From an uncultured virus (IMG/VR IMGVR_UViG_3300034119_000891) (Duplodnaviria; Heunggongvirae; Uroviricota; Caudoviricetes), in the IMG/VR virus record IMGVR_UViG_3300034119_000891: DNA of 64,000 bases. One strand, 5' to 3'. Within the stretch, counting starts at the first letter, position 1, and the number at the start of each line of letters is the position of its first letter. Below are positions 41,173-52,900 of this stretch, in pieces. Below the pieces are notes generated by a model, which had not been told where the DNA came from, made no database searches, and was given only the letters and a program-made list of their open reading frames with translations. A program made the translations under genes and the position numbers.

Positions 41173-41957
41173 TCAATTTTTGGGAATTTTAGCCAAAGCC
41201 CGAGCAATTGCTCGTTTTGTTCCAAAGTTTTTTACATATCGTTCTTCTACAGAACATTCAATAGAACCTTCATATTCTTCAGTAGAATTTGGAGGTCTAA
41301 TAGTAACCAATGTCTTACCACCTTTAGTGCTCAAATAAAGGTCAGAATATTTTTCTCTCCATTCAGAAAAGAGAATATTATATACACTGGTTTTCTTGCC
41401 TGTTTGTGGGTTGTATTTATAGAAGTTCCTGAAGTGACCTACTTTAACTTTGTAGCCCGTCTTCCGTAGTTCGTGTACTGTTGGGATGTTTTTCATAATT
41501 TTTAGGAGTATCGCATTTTTCCTCAGATTTGTCAACCGCCTTTTTTCCAAAGATTTCGTCCCAGTTCTCCAAGAACTGTTCCATGTCACTGATTGGTCTG
41601 GGTTTAGATCCTTTTCCGTTCTGCATATTTTTAACCCTTTCTGATTAATGCTTGTGAAAAAATTGTAACTGATTCATACGGACTTACATTCATAGAGGTA
41701 GATAACCCACCAACTAATTCCCATCCATCATTCAAATGTTTAGATACTTCGTTTTGAAGATAAACATAATCATTTCTAAATGCTAAAATTTTATATTCAA
41801 ATTTAGGTTTTTCTGGTATCGGATCAATTGCAGGTACTGTTTTTTCTTCGACAACAGGAACTACAACATCTACGGCTGAAATAGGTTTAACCGTTGAAAC
41901 AGAATTTTTTGATTCCCAATTATATTTTGTTTTTTGTTTATTTTTATTGCTCATAAA

Positions 41958-42527
41958 TTACTTTACATCATACATAATTAACCAATAATCAATTTTATTA
42001 AGTTTATTGATTGTAAAATTAATACATTTTCTCAAAAAATAAACCAATTTATAGATTGGATCTTTTTTTCTTTTTTCATAAATCTTTTTCCATTTTTGTT
42101 TTGTTTCTAGTATTTCTTCGTATGTAGTTATTTTTAAACTACTAATCTTTGAAGGTTTATACAAAACACCATCCACAAACAAAAATTCTAATTGCAACCA
42201 CACATCATCATTTTTTTCTTCAAAATTAGTGCAATGTGCTGTTGCAATTATAGATCCTGTATATTCTGATCTAACTTTTTTTCTAGATTTTTCTGAAAAA
42301 ACTGGAAGCCTATACGCTTCCGCTACAGGTTTACTCATTTCCCTATAATAAACATCAAACTCAACATCATCAAACCACAAAAAGCCTGCTTCATCAATAT
42401 AATAATCTATTAAACAATTATCTAGACTTTTAGTTTGAAAAGATTCAACTTTATAACCTCGTTCAACTAATTCTCTGATATGTGGTATGTGTTTATTATC
42501 CACATACAAATAATCAAACATTCCCAT
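41958..42527 (-). CDS. MGMFD-type hypothetical phage protein
   Basis: Paralog of 7561-8196. Confidence 0.75.
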   Translation of the reverse strand: MGMFDYLYVDNKHIPHIRELVERGYKVESFQTKSLDNCLIDYYIDEAGFLWFDDVEFDVYYREMSKPVAEAYRLPVFSEKSRKKVRSEYTGSIIATAHCTNFEEKNDDVWLQLEFLFVDGVLYKPSKISSLKITTYEEILETKQKWKKIYEKRKKDPIYKLVYFLRKCINFTINKLNKIDYWLIMYDVK

Positions 42528-42533
42528 AATAAA

Positions 42534-42893
42534 TTAATTTAATGATAATCTATATCTAAGATGCGAAACCTCTTGTAGTAAGGAATCTCTAATATTTAGT
42601 AAATCTGAATATTTTTCTAATTCTTCATCCATATCTCTAAGATAATTTTGAAATGAATCTAAAATAGTAAAAACTGATTCCATAGAAATTAACGGTTTCA
42701 ATTCAATTACAAAAGTTGTGGTGGGTTTACTTCTACCAAAATATCCCATATAAACTTCTAGAAAAGAATCAATTAAGTCATCTAATCCCTCATAAGCTTT
42801 ACCAAAAGCTTTATGAGCAGCATAAGAATCTGTTTGCCAATGATATATTCTTAACTGTTGTTGAAATTGTATTAGAGGTGTAATAACATTCAT
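42534..42893 (-). CDS. Ferritin/Dps-like protein (DUF5856-like)
   Basis: HWQTDSYAAHKAFGKAYE.LD.LIDSFLEVYMG...LLNIRD. Confidence 0.75.
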   Translation of the reverse strand: MNVITPLIQFQQQLRIYHWQTDSYAAHKAFGKAYEGLDDLIDSFLEVYMGYFGRSKPTTTFVIELKPLISMESVFTILDSFQNYLRDMDEELEKYSDLLNIRDSLLQEVSHLRYRLSLN

Positions 42894-43309
42894 GGTATGT
42901 GATGTAATCTTATTTTATACATATTTGCCACATTGTCAACTAAAATGTGATCTTGAGTCTTGTATTTTTCTGTGAAATATACGTCTTTTATACCGTATGC
43001 AACCATATTTTTCAGGCAATCAACACAAGGCGATAATGTAAGTGCGACTCTATCACATTCATGAGGTTTTATGTATCGCAAAGCGTTCATTTCAGCGTGA
43101 ATCACATATGGTCTACGCGCATCTCTATCAGACCAATCGATTTCTATTTTAGGTGGAGCACCATTATAACAAACTGCTGCTATGGAGTTGTCAGGACGTA
43201 TAGCAACAGCACCAACTTTCTTATAAGGATCTTCACTACGCAAAGCAGCAGTTTTAGCTAATTCCAAAAACCAAGTTATTTTATCTAATCTTTTATTCAA
43301 GATCATCAT
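42890..43309 (-). CDS. dCMP deaminase
   Basis: RSEDP..KVGA, YNG, HAEMNAL, SPCVDC. Confidence 0.9.
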   Translation of the reverse strand: MMILNKRLDKITWFLELAKTAALRSEDPYKKVGAVAIRPDNSIAAVCYNGAPPKIEIDWSDRDARRPYVIHAEMNALRYIKPHECDRVALTLSPCVDCLKNMVAYGIKDVYFTEKYKTQDHILVDNVANMYKIRLHHIP

Positions 43310-43457
43310 TAGTTATATTAGTGATTTTAGAAGATAGAACTAATTCTAATTCATCTTCTTCTAAGTCTAGTTCGTCACAAATTTCTTCAAAACAATCTAA
43401 TTCTTGTAGATATTGTATCACTTCGTTTAAAATTTTCAAGCATTCTTTTTTTGTCAT
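43293..43457 (-). CDS. 54-aa acidic protein (absent from ORF track)
   Basis: MTKKECLKILNEVIQYLQELDCFEE...DDLE*; overlaps the start of the deaminase gene. Confidence 0.55.
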   Translation of the reverse strand: MTKKECLKILNEVIQYLQELDCFEEICDELDLEEDELELVLSSKITNITNDDLE

Positions 43458-43741
43458 AGACAAGTTTATTTATATAATTATTGTTGTAATTGTTTTTAGT
43501 AATTTGATTTTTTTTAAATAAATAGTTTTATGCCTTATAATTTTGAATATACCAACGAATTGAAACAATTTGGTATGACATATTATGTTCTAAAACTTAT
43601 TGATTCTGATGGAATTTTACCAGATATATATCATCCTGTTATTGTAGATGATAATAATTTAGAAGATGGTACACTACAAGGAATTGCTAATAAGCTAATT
43701 CAACAAAATACACCGAAAATCAATACAATTTCTTAATTTAT

Positions 43742-46700
43742 ATGCCTTACTTCTTTTCAATAAATGATGGATTAATAACAGATCCAAATGTATTTGGATT
43801 TACACTTTCTAGTGCTGATGTAGTTTCTAATACAAATGGTATAATGTTAAGTACTTCTGATAGTTATTGCCTTGATGTTTTTGGTGATAATTCTGCTCTA
43901 ACTGGTGTTGCAGTGCAATTATCTTCAATTAACGCTAGCCCAAGTGGAACTTTAATATTAACTGTTAGTACTACCAATCTTTCTTTTATTGAGACATATG
44001 CAGTCTCATCTTTTACTACATATAATAATTCCAATAATTTAATTGCTTCTTATCCATTAAATTGGCAGATATTAAAATTTACAACACCAATAACTGTATT
44101 AAGTACGAATAAAATTAGATTTAGTTTAAAAACAGAAAACTCAAATCAAATTAGTTTGTTGGGTTCAAATTTAAGTACTTATAATAAATGTATTATTAAA
44201 TCTCCTACAGTTTCTATTAGTGGTTTATTAAGTTCTAATGTTATTCATATTGGTGGTGCACTTAATGGTTTAAATTTAGAATATAGAAATATTAGTGCAT
44301 CAACAATATCATTAAGTAACACTTACATTCATAATGGTGGTGTATTAAACTTTCCTGCTAATACAAATACTACATTAACTATTTTAGGTAATGCTGGTTT
44401 AAATATAACTTCTGATGGAACATTTAATATCGGAACATCTTCATTACCTATATTATCTTCATCAAATCAAATCGTTAATTTAATTAATTCGTTTATTCAA
44501 GTACATAATGGTGGTAATTTGAATATATATGGTGCATATAAAAACCCGATAGCATATTTAAATTCCAACACAACAACCACAGCCACTTCATTTAGTACTA
44601 TAAATGATATTTCTAATTGGTCTATTGGTGATGTTATTATATTTTCACCGAACATAAGTTCTATAAATTCTTCAGATATTAGAATATTAACAAGCGTTTC
44701 AACTAATTCTTTTAATATTAGTTTATCTAACAGAAATTCACACGATGCATTAAATTATATACCAAACATATTTAACATGACAAGAAATGTTATGGTTAGT
44801 GCTGCTGGATTAAATAGATTTATACGGTCTGTGTATGGAGCAAAAGTTAATATTGTCAATACACAATTAAATACTCTCAGTGTATTATATTACCCAAATT
44901 TAAGTGGTAAATTGGTATTGAGTGGATGCTCATTGAGCGGCATGATGTTATCTTTATCTTCTATATATAATAACACTCCATGTAATATCGATATTTATGA
45001 TAATAATATTATATCTGTAATTCCTAATTCTGATACTTTTAATTTAACTAATCTTAGTGCCAATAATTTAAACTTTATTAATAATAACTTAATTATTTCA
45101 AGAAATAATGGATTGGTTTTAGATAATTTAAGTGGTAATAATATTAATTTAATTAATAATAATATAATTGGATCTAACTTATATGGTGTATATATAAGAA
45201 ATGTTTTTTTAAATCAAAGTATAATTGGTGGAAACTCTTATAGATGTTTAAGTTCAGGTTGGTTGCTTTCTGGTAATAATGTTGTATCACCAACTTATTT
45301 AAATATCGGTTCTTATAATAATAATGGTAATGGTATATCTATATCAGGAAATAATGTCACAGATTATTTAAATTCTCCATTAATTTTAAATATTAATGGT
45401 TTAAATTCTTTTTATAATACTGGTGGTTTTGAAGGTTATAATATAACTGGAAATTTAAGTTCATTTACTATATTAAATAATAATAATTATGGTTTAAAAA
45501 TTTCATTAGGTAATTATAATACAATTTTTGATGGGCTTAGCGTTATTAAATCAATTGCTGGTGCTACAAATTTAACAATAACAGGATCTCCTACAGTTTC
45601 TGCACAAACATTAATAGATAAAGGTATTGATGGTAGTATTTTACTAGTTAGATTATCATCACAATATTTAAGTAAACCATATGATTCATCTTTTGCGTTT
45701 GGTACTAATGATTTTACTATTGAATCATGGGTTAATTTAACTAGTTTACCATTAGCAGGAGATACTTGGCCCACAAATTTTACTAATAATTTTGTTCTAT
45801 TTGGTGTAGGTTCTCCTAATTTAGGAGATGGGTTTAATGCAATAATTGGTAATACACAATTATTTATGCAGTCAAATGACGTTAAATACGGTAATTTTGT
45901 ACATGGTATGTCTCCTAATAATTGGTATCATGTAGTTTGGATGCGTAAATCTAATTTATTATATTGTTTTGTAGATGGAGTTTTAAAAGGATCTGCTATA
46001 CCTATGGATATTAACGCAGGAACAGGTTCAAATATATACGTAGGTTGTGAAACTGGTCAAGGTGCATTTTTTAATGGACGTATTTCAAATTTACGAGTTA
46101 TAAATGGTTCATCTGTATATCCTATTGATGGTTTTACTCCACCAACCAATACATTATTACCATTAATAAATACTGTATTTCTATGGAAATATCCATATTC
46201 TAATAGTTATTATAACACATCTTTCACAAATATAGAAATATTATCTGGCATTAATTATTATGAAACCACAATTAATAATGTATTATTATCTGGTGATAGT
46301 TATGGATTAATTTTAAATAGTACAAAATTCGAACAATTTTATTTGAATAATTCTATTTTATCTGCATCTATTTCTAATATTAACATAACTAGTTTAAGAA
46401 ATAAATGTGAAGGTTCTTATAATTTTAATAATTGTATATTTAATGAATCTATATTAAGTTCCAATATAATACTAAATTACCAAACAGATTCTTATCATGA
46501 AACAGGTTTTAGTTTCATGCGTCATAATAAACAAGATAAGAATCATTTTAAAATTACACCAGCAGGAAAAATATCATTTGATACTTCATTTGGTTTTAAT
46601 AATTCTGGTTATTCTGAAAAATTAGAACCTTATTCTAGAATATATCCTTTACGTAGTAGTTCTAAGTTAATTCCAGTAAATTTCGGAGATTTAGTAACAG

Positions 46701-46951
46701 TAACTGTGTATGTATATAAATCAATAATTCCTAATTATACAGGATCACAACCCAGATTAATGTTAAAACAAAATTCTTCTTGTGGATATCCATTAACGGT
46801 TTTAGATACATCTACTAAACCTAATGGTATTTGGGAAAAACTTACTGGTGTTTTACCAATAGCAAAAAATAATGGTATTGCTGAAGTTTATGTAGAATGT
46901 ACAGGTATTCCAGAAGATGGTTATATAAGTATTGATAATTGGAATTTCTAA
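43742..46951 (+). CDS. Large fibre/receptor-binding-like protein (beta-helix + LamG-like domain)
   Basis: N/S/I-rich beta-helix repeats; FGTNDFTIESW...WYHV...FNGRISNLRV LamG-like motif. Confidence 0.75.
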   Translation: MPYFFSINDGLITDPNVFGFTLSSADVVSNTNGIMLSTSDSYCLDVFGDNSALTGVAVQLSSINASPSGTLILTVSTTNLSFIETYAVSSFTTYNNSNNLIASYPLNWQILKFTTPITVLSTNKIRFSLKTENSNQISLLGSNLSTYNKCIIKSPTVSISGLLSSNVIHIGGALNGLNLEYRNISASTISLSNTYIHNGGVLNFPANTNTTLTILGNAGLNITSDGTFNIGTSSLPILSSSNQIVNLINSFIQVHNGGNLNIYGAYKNPIAYLNSNTTTTATSFSTINDISNWSIGDVIIFSPNISSINSSDIRILTSVSTNSFNISLSNRNSHDALNYIPNIFNMTRNVMVSAAGLNRFIRSVYGAKVNIVNTQLNTLSVLYYPNLSGKLVLSGCSLSGMMLSLSSIYNNTPCNIDIYDNNIISVIPNSDTFNLTNLSANNLNFINNNLIISRNNGLVLDNLSGNNINLINNNIIGSNLYGVYIRNVFLNQSIIGGNSYRCLSSGWLLSGNNVVSPTYLNIGSYNNNGNGISISGNNVTDYLNSPLILNINGLNSFYNTGGFEGYNITGNLSSFTILNNNNYGLKISLGNYNTIFDGLSVIKSIAGATNLTITGSPTVSAQTLIDKGIDGSILLVRLSSQYLSKPYDSSFAFGTNDFTIESWVNLTSLPLAGDTWPTNFTNNFVLFGVGSPNLGDGFNAIIGNTQLFMQSNDVKYGNFVHGMSPNNWYHVVWMRKSNLLYCFVDGVLKGSAIPMDINAGTGSNIYVGCETGQGAFFNGRISNLRVINGSSVYPIDGFTPPTNTLLPLINTVFLWKYPYSNSYYNTSFTNIEILSGINYYETTINNVLLSGDSYGLILNSTKFEQFYLNNSILSASISNINITSLRNKCEGSYNFNNCIFNESILSSNIILNYQTDSYHETGFSFMRHNKQDKNHFKITPAGKISFDTSFGFNNSGYSEKLEPYSRIYPLRSSSKLIPVNFGDLVTVTVYVYKSIIPNYTGSQPRLMLKQNSSCGYPLTVLDTSTKPNGIWEKLTGVLPIAKNNGIAEVYVECTGIPEDGYISIDNWNF

Positions 46952-46973
46952 AGTTGATTAGATAAATATAATT

Positions 46974-49900
46974 ATGAATTTTGTTGCTGTAAATGACGGT
47001 ATTTTGGATAGTAATGGTGTATTTGTTGGTACTATACCTGATGCCGATTATTATATAGGTTCAACAGCTCATACATTAGGAACTGATAGTGGTGGTATAT
47101 TCACATGTTTTAGATCAAACGGTGAATATATCAAAGGTATGATGTTAGAGCATTATCCTGTTGTTCTATCAAATTTAACAGCTACAGATTACTTAAGTGT
47201 TACAATAGGTTATGCTGGTAATATCAATGCATACACAGAAAGTTATCCATTAACAGCATTTACTTCATCTAATGCTACTAATAGTTATATTCCAAATACA
47301 ACACATTGGCAGTACTTAAAATTTAATAAACAAAATTACGCTGATAATGGTTCTGGTGTTCCTACAGCTTCTGGTAATCAATTCACGTTCGTAACTTTAA
47401 AAACTACAAGAACTAATACATTAACTATAGTTAGAGGTGATGCAAGACCAAAACCTAAAGCTCTTAGAATTTCTACAAGTGTACCAGTAAACGATTATAA
47501 CGATTATTATTGTAATTTGATAAATGGTTCTAGATTATTAAATTATGATGGTTATTGGATGGATACCATTGGTACTAGTACTTGGGGTGCTTCTAGAGGA
47601 AGTTTTAATGGTGATTGTTTTTATAAAGATGGATCTACTATAGATGGTTTAAGATTTAATAATTTAACTCTTAATAATAATACTAATAATACTATAATTA
47701 GTGGTACGAATGATTATACTGTGGAGTTTTGGATATATCCACAAAATACAGATCCTTTTACTGGTGAAAATCCAGTATTCGTAGCTGGAAATTCAACTAG
47801 ATGGATATATATTTATTATAATTTGACTGATTGGATTGTTTCTATAAACGGTGCTTCATTTACAGTAACAACAATTGATTATGATCAATGGAGGCATATT
47901 AGTTTTTCAAGAAAAAATGGAATTTTTAGATTTTTTAAAAATGGTACTTGCGTATATACTAATTCCGCAAATTTTGGTTTTAGTATTGATTCAAATTCTG
48001 ATGCTAGAATTGGATACAATACTTATAGTAATGGGTTAATGGTTTCTTATTATGGAGGAATAAATCAAGACACTTATAGATCTAAGCAACTTATAACAAG
48101 TATTCAATATAGTCAAGCTGCATTAGATCCACTCGCACCAAAACCTGGAAGTTTATCAATACGAGGAACCATCATTCCTATTGCAATGGGAAAATATCGA
48201 TTCGTATCGGCGCATCATGATGGGATGAGAATGAATATAGATGGTACTAGTTTAATAGATAATTATAATACTAAAGGTGTTAATAGACAATATGCTTGGT
48301 TAGAGTATACAAATTCAAGTCTAGCTTTTTATGAAACTGGTTCCAAACATAGCATAACAATAACTTATTATAGATCTAGTAGTCAGACTACAAGTACTTT
48401 AACATTAGGAGTTAGCAATACTAAATCAGATACTGTTGCTTCTACTGGTGAATTAGGTAATACTCAGATTAATGCCTATAATGCTAATGATTTTAATTTT
48501 TTAAATACTAAATTCGTAGCACTCAATCCAGATTCTCAATTTTATTTAAATGGTTTTGCTATTTATAATCATGGTAAAACTGTATTTGATATAACAAAAC
48601 GTCTTTATGAAATTGCTCTTAATGATACTGGTTGTACTTTTTATTTAGATGTACCACAAAACTTTAATAAATCTATAATCAAATACGATTATAATACAAA
48701 TATAAAAAATTTATCAACTTTTAGTGAAATTACTTTAACTAAAAATTCTCCATTAGCTACACAAGATGCTGGTACTCCATATAACATTGTTACTACCTCA
48801 GTAGATGGTTCTTTACGTTTTACTGGTGGAAGCATTATTAATACAAATAATTCATTAGTTGGATTTGGATATGAAGATTTTACTATTGAATGTTGGGTAG
48901 CTGATTTTGGTTCTGTCGGAGATACTCTTATATTTGGTGATAACCCTGGTGTAAGTGCATATATTGTTGGTTCTAATAAAGCTATACATGTTTATTTAAA
49001 TAATACATTAGTTATAGATACGAACGAATTCGGAACTTATTATTTACCTACAAATGCGTGGACCCATGTATGTGTTGTAAGAAATAATTCTAATATATCT
49101 TTATATATAAACGGTATCATACAAAGAACTTATTGGGGTACAATAAATTCTTTTAATTTAAATACTTCAAATACTTTAAATATAGGTGGTAATATTAATG
49201 GACATATATCTAATTTTAAAATTTATAAATATGCTAAATATACTGCAAATTTTGGTGTTAGTCCAGTATATTTAAATACTAGAAATGAAGCTGTATTAAA
49301 TTATGAAAATAGTAATTATACTTTAAAATATCTATCAGCTTCTAATATAGAAAATACATATGTAACATATTCAATTTCTAATAATTCTAAAAATATAGTT
49401 AATTATTCTGGAACAATATCAGCTGTCAATTTTCATCCTTTTAATGGTCAAACCGAAAGTTCATTAATATTTCGTGGAGATATAAATGACTTTATTTATA
49501 TTGATAATGAAGATGCAAATTCTTGGTTATGGTTACCTAGAAATTCTGGAACAATAGAAGCATGGGTTTATTTAAATTCTTATGCAACATCAGATCCAGA
49601 GAATTATCAGCATAGATCTATATATAGTATAGGTGATAATCGTTTAAATTTTGGTGTAAATGCATCAGGTAATTTACAATTTTCATGGTTTAGAAATACT
49701 TATAATTCATTTAACGGATCAACCGTAATACCTTTATCTACTTGGACTCATGTGGCTTTTGTATTGAATAGTGATATTTCAAATAATGCACAGTTATATG
49801 TAAACGGAAATTTAGATGCTTCGACAAATTTTAATAATTTTACTTTTGCATCTGATAATGCTAAAAGTAGAACTTATATAGGAAAAGAATTAAGTGGTAT

Positions 49901-52900
49901 AGGAATTTTTAATGGTTATATTAGTAATATACGAGTAACAAAAAGTAATCCTGTATATACTTCAAATTTCACACCACTTACAACATCTTTAGCGATAGAT
50001 AATAAAACTGCAATTTTATATAAACATCCGCATTCAAATACATACATTAGTAATGTAATAGAATTAAGAAATTTAAAAGCAGCAAATGTTAATATAAACT
50101 CACTTTATTTAGGAGTAAGTTCAGGATTATATTTTGATCCTTTATCTAGCGCAACTATAACTATAAACAATGAAAATGGTATAAAAATATATCCATTTGC
50201 AACTTTATCAATAGGTTCTAGTTCAACACCAACAAACTATAATAATACAAACTCTATAATTTTACCAACATATAATACTAAAATAGATGTTTATGATTTT
50301 GGTAATTTTCTTTCATATGGTAGTACTAAAACTCCGTATACTTATTTAAATACAGATAGTCTATCTGGTAATTCAACTTTCACTGTAAAAGATTCTATAT
50401 ATAATATAAATAACAGTAATTGGAGAATTGGTGATACCTTAGCGTTAATACAAAATGTAACTTCTTTTTCAGAATTATTAAATATAAACTCTTTTACAGG
50501 ATCTAATGGATTTACTACGAATAGATCGATATTTGATCATCCTTCTATTAATAGTTTACCAGTTATACCTACAATAGCTAATTTAACTAGAAATAATAAA
50601 ATTATTAGTAAGAATACTAATAGCGTAGTTAGTAACAATAATAATTTTATTAGAGCTGATAGAAATTCTAATTTACAATTAAAAGATACACAGATTAGTA
50701 TTATTAATATATATACTGGAGCACAATCTAGAGGATTTAATATATTAAATAGTAATGCTATTTTATCTTCTTGTGTCGTAAACAAAAATTATGATACTGG
50801 TACTTATAGTATATTAAATAATATATGGTATGCACCAATTGCTAATTTTGCTGCATATTATTCTTCTTTAAATAATACTTCGATATCTTCTTACACTTTA
50901 TCAGGTAATTTTATTATTGATGGTAGATCTGCTGGTATAGAAATTACAAGTACTATTATACCAAATTTAAATTTTATTAGTAATTACGTTGTTGGTTGTG
51001 CTGGTAATGGTATTCGTTTAAATTATACTACTTTAAGTAGTTTTAATCTATATGATGTACATATTCATCGTTGTTCTAGTGGTATAATGACATCAGACGA
51101 TTCAATTAGAGCACAATCTTTGTTAACTGTTAGAAATTATATTAGTGCTGATTATTGTAGTGCTAACTATAGTTTTGGACAAAATAATAGAGTCTTTTCA
51201 AGAGGTATATCTATTGATTGTAGTTTCACTAATATAACAGCAAAAAATTTATCAGCAATATCAAATAATGGTGATTGGGGTTTAGTTGTATCTAATTTCC
51301 CTTCTTCGTTAACAGCTAATTCTTTTTATGTTGAAAATCTTTATGCTGCAAATAATGGTAATAGAAATATAGTTTTAGCTAGTAAATATATATCTACTGA
51401 ATTACAAGCACTTTCCGTAAAAAACATTAAATCAATAAATGCAAGAGGTGGTGATACTAATAATGGTTTATTATATATTGAGAGTACCAATTCTAATATA
51501 AATAATTTATATCTAGATAATATATTCGTAAATAAAGGTGTTTATCATGGTGTTATGGTAAATAAAGTTAATAATTTATTTATATCAAATTTAACAGCAG
51601 CTAATTGTTCCTCACGAGGAATTAATATAATAAATCCTATTAGTTCTTTATTTTGTAACACTTTATATATATCTAACAATGGAAATACATTTTATAATAT
51701 AGTAAACAATTCTGCAACATTAAACAATTTAAAAATTTTCAGAAACACTCAAGGTTTAGAATTATATGCTAATAATTTGTTTATTAATAATTGTTTATTA
51801 TCATCAAATCCTAACTATGCATTATATTGTATAGCAAATAATATAACAGCACAAAATCTTTCATCTATTGGTAATACATATGGCTTATACTTAAGTGGAA
51901 ATGGATCACATTATGTTAATAATCCTTATTTAGAAAGAAATACCTACTCATTTATTTTAAATAGAGCAAATAATATATATGTAAATAACCCATACGTATT
52001 AAATAGCTCTTATTCATTTAATTTAATTAATACAAATAATGCGTATCTAAATAATGTTTCCGCAATATCAAGTAATTATCTATACTATTTAAATAATACA
52101 AATAATACATATTTAAACAATTCTCTCATAAGTTCTGCTAAATATGGTTTATCAGCAGTTGAAACTAATATAACAACAATCAATAATGTTAATGTATTAA
52201 GTGGATCATCAGGAATTTATTCTTTAAATCATAAAAGTTTAAGTGTAGTTAATTTAAATACTGTTAGTAGTTTTAGTGGTATTTATATAAACACTAATAA
52301 ATCTAATAACGATTTTACTTTACAAAATAGTGTTGTTAGAAATAATAATACATATGGAATAATATTAACTGGTATTTCTACAACACCAATTAGTGCTAAT
52401 ATAGAAAATAGTATTTTCACTTATAACAACATAGGATTATTAGGATATTATTTTTATGGTAATTTAAAAAATACTAATTTAAGTTATAATAGATCTTATA
52501 ATATTGGCATGTTAGCTGCTAACAATCCAATACTTTGGGATTCTGTATCTGCTTTAAATCCTAATATTACTTTTAATACCTTAACAGCATATAATAATCC
52601 AACTTTATCTTCTGGATCACCATTTGGTGTTGGAACTGATGGTTCACTAAGATTTAATGGATCAAATCAATATTTAGCATTACCACAAAGTTCTGATTAT
52701 GTATTAAACGGTGATTTTACTATAGAATTCTTTATAAATTTAAGAACTTCTACAGGATCAGTTTATTTAGATCAATGGAATGGTATACAAGGTATAGGTA
52801 GTTGGCAGATAGGAAATAATTCTAGTAGAACACTACAATTATTTTATGATGGATCTAATTATATTAATGGTCCAGTTTTACCATTAAATACATGGAATCA

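Noticed and set aside
222..43521. Numerous F/S/I-rich plus-strand ORFs (e.g. 222-467, 1032-1283, 1252-1515, 6815-7054, 27207-27533, 43321-43521)
   Set aside because: Antisense shadows of real minus-strand genes, with no promoter motif.
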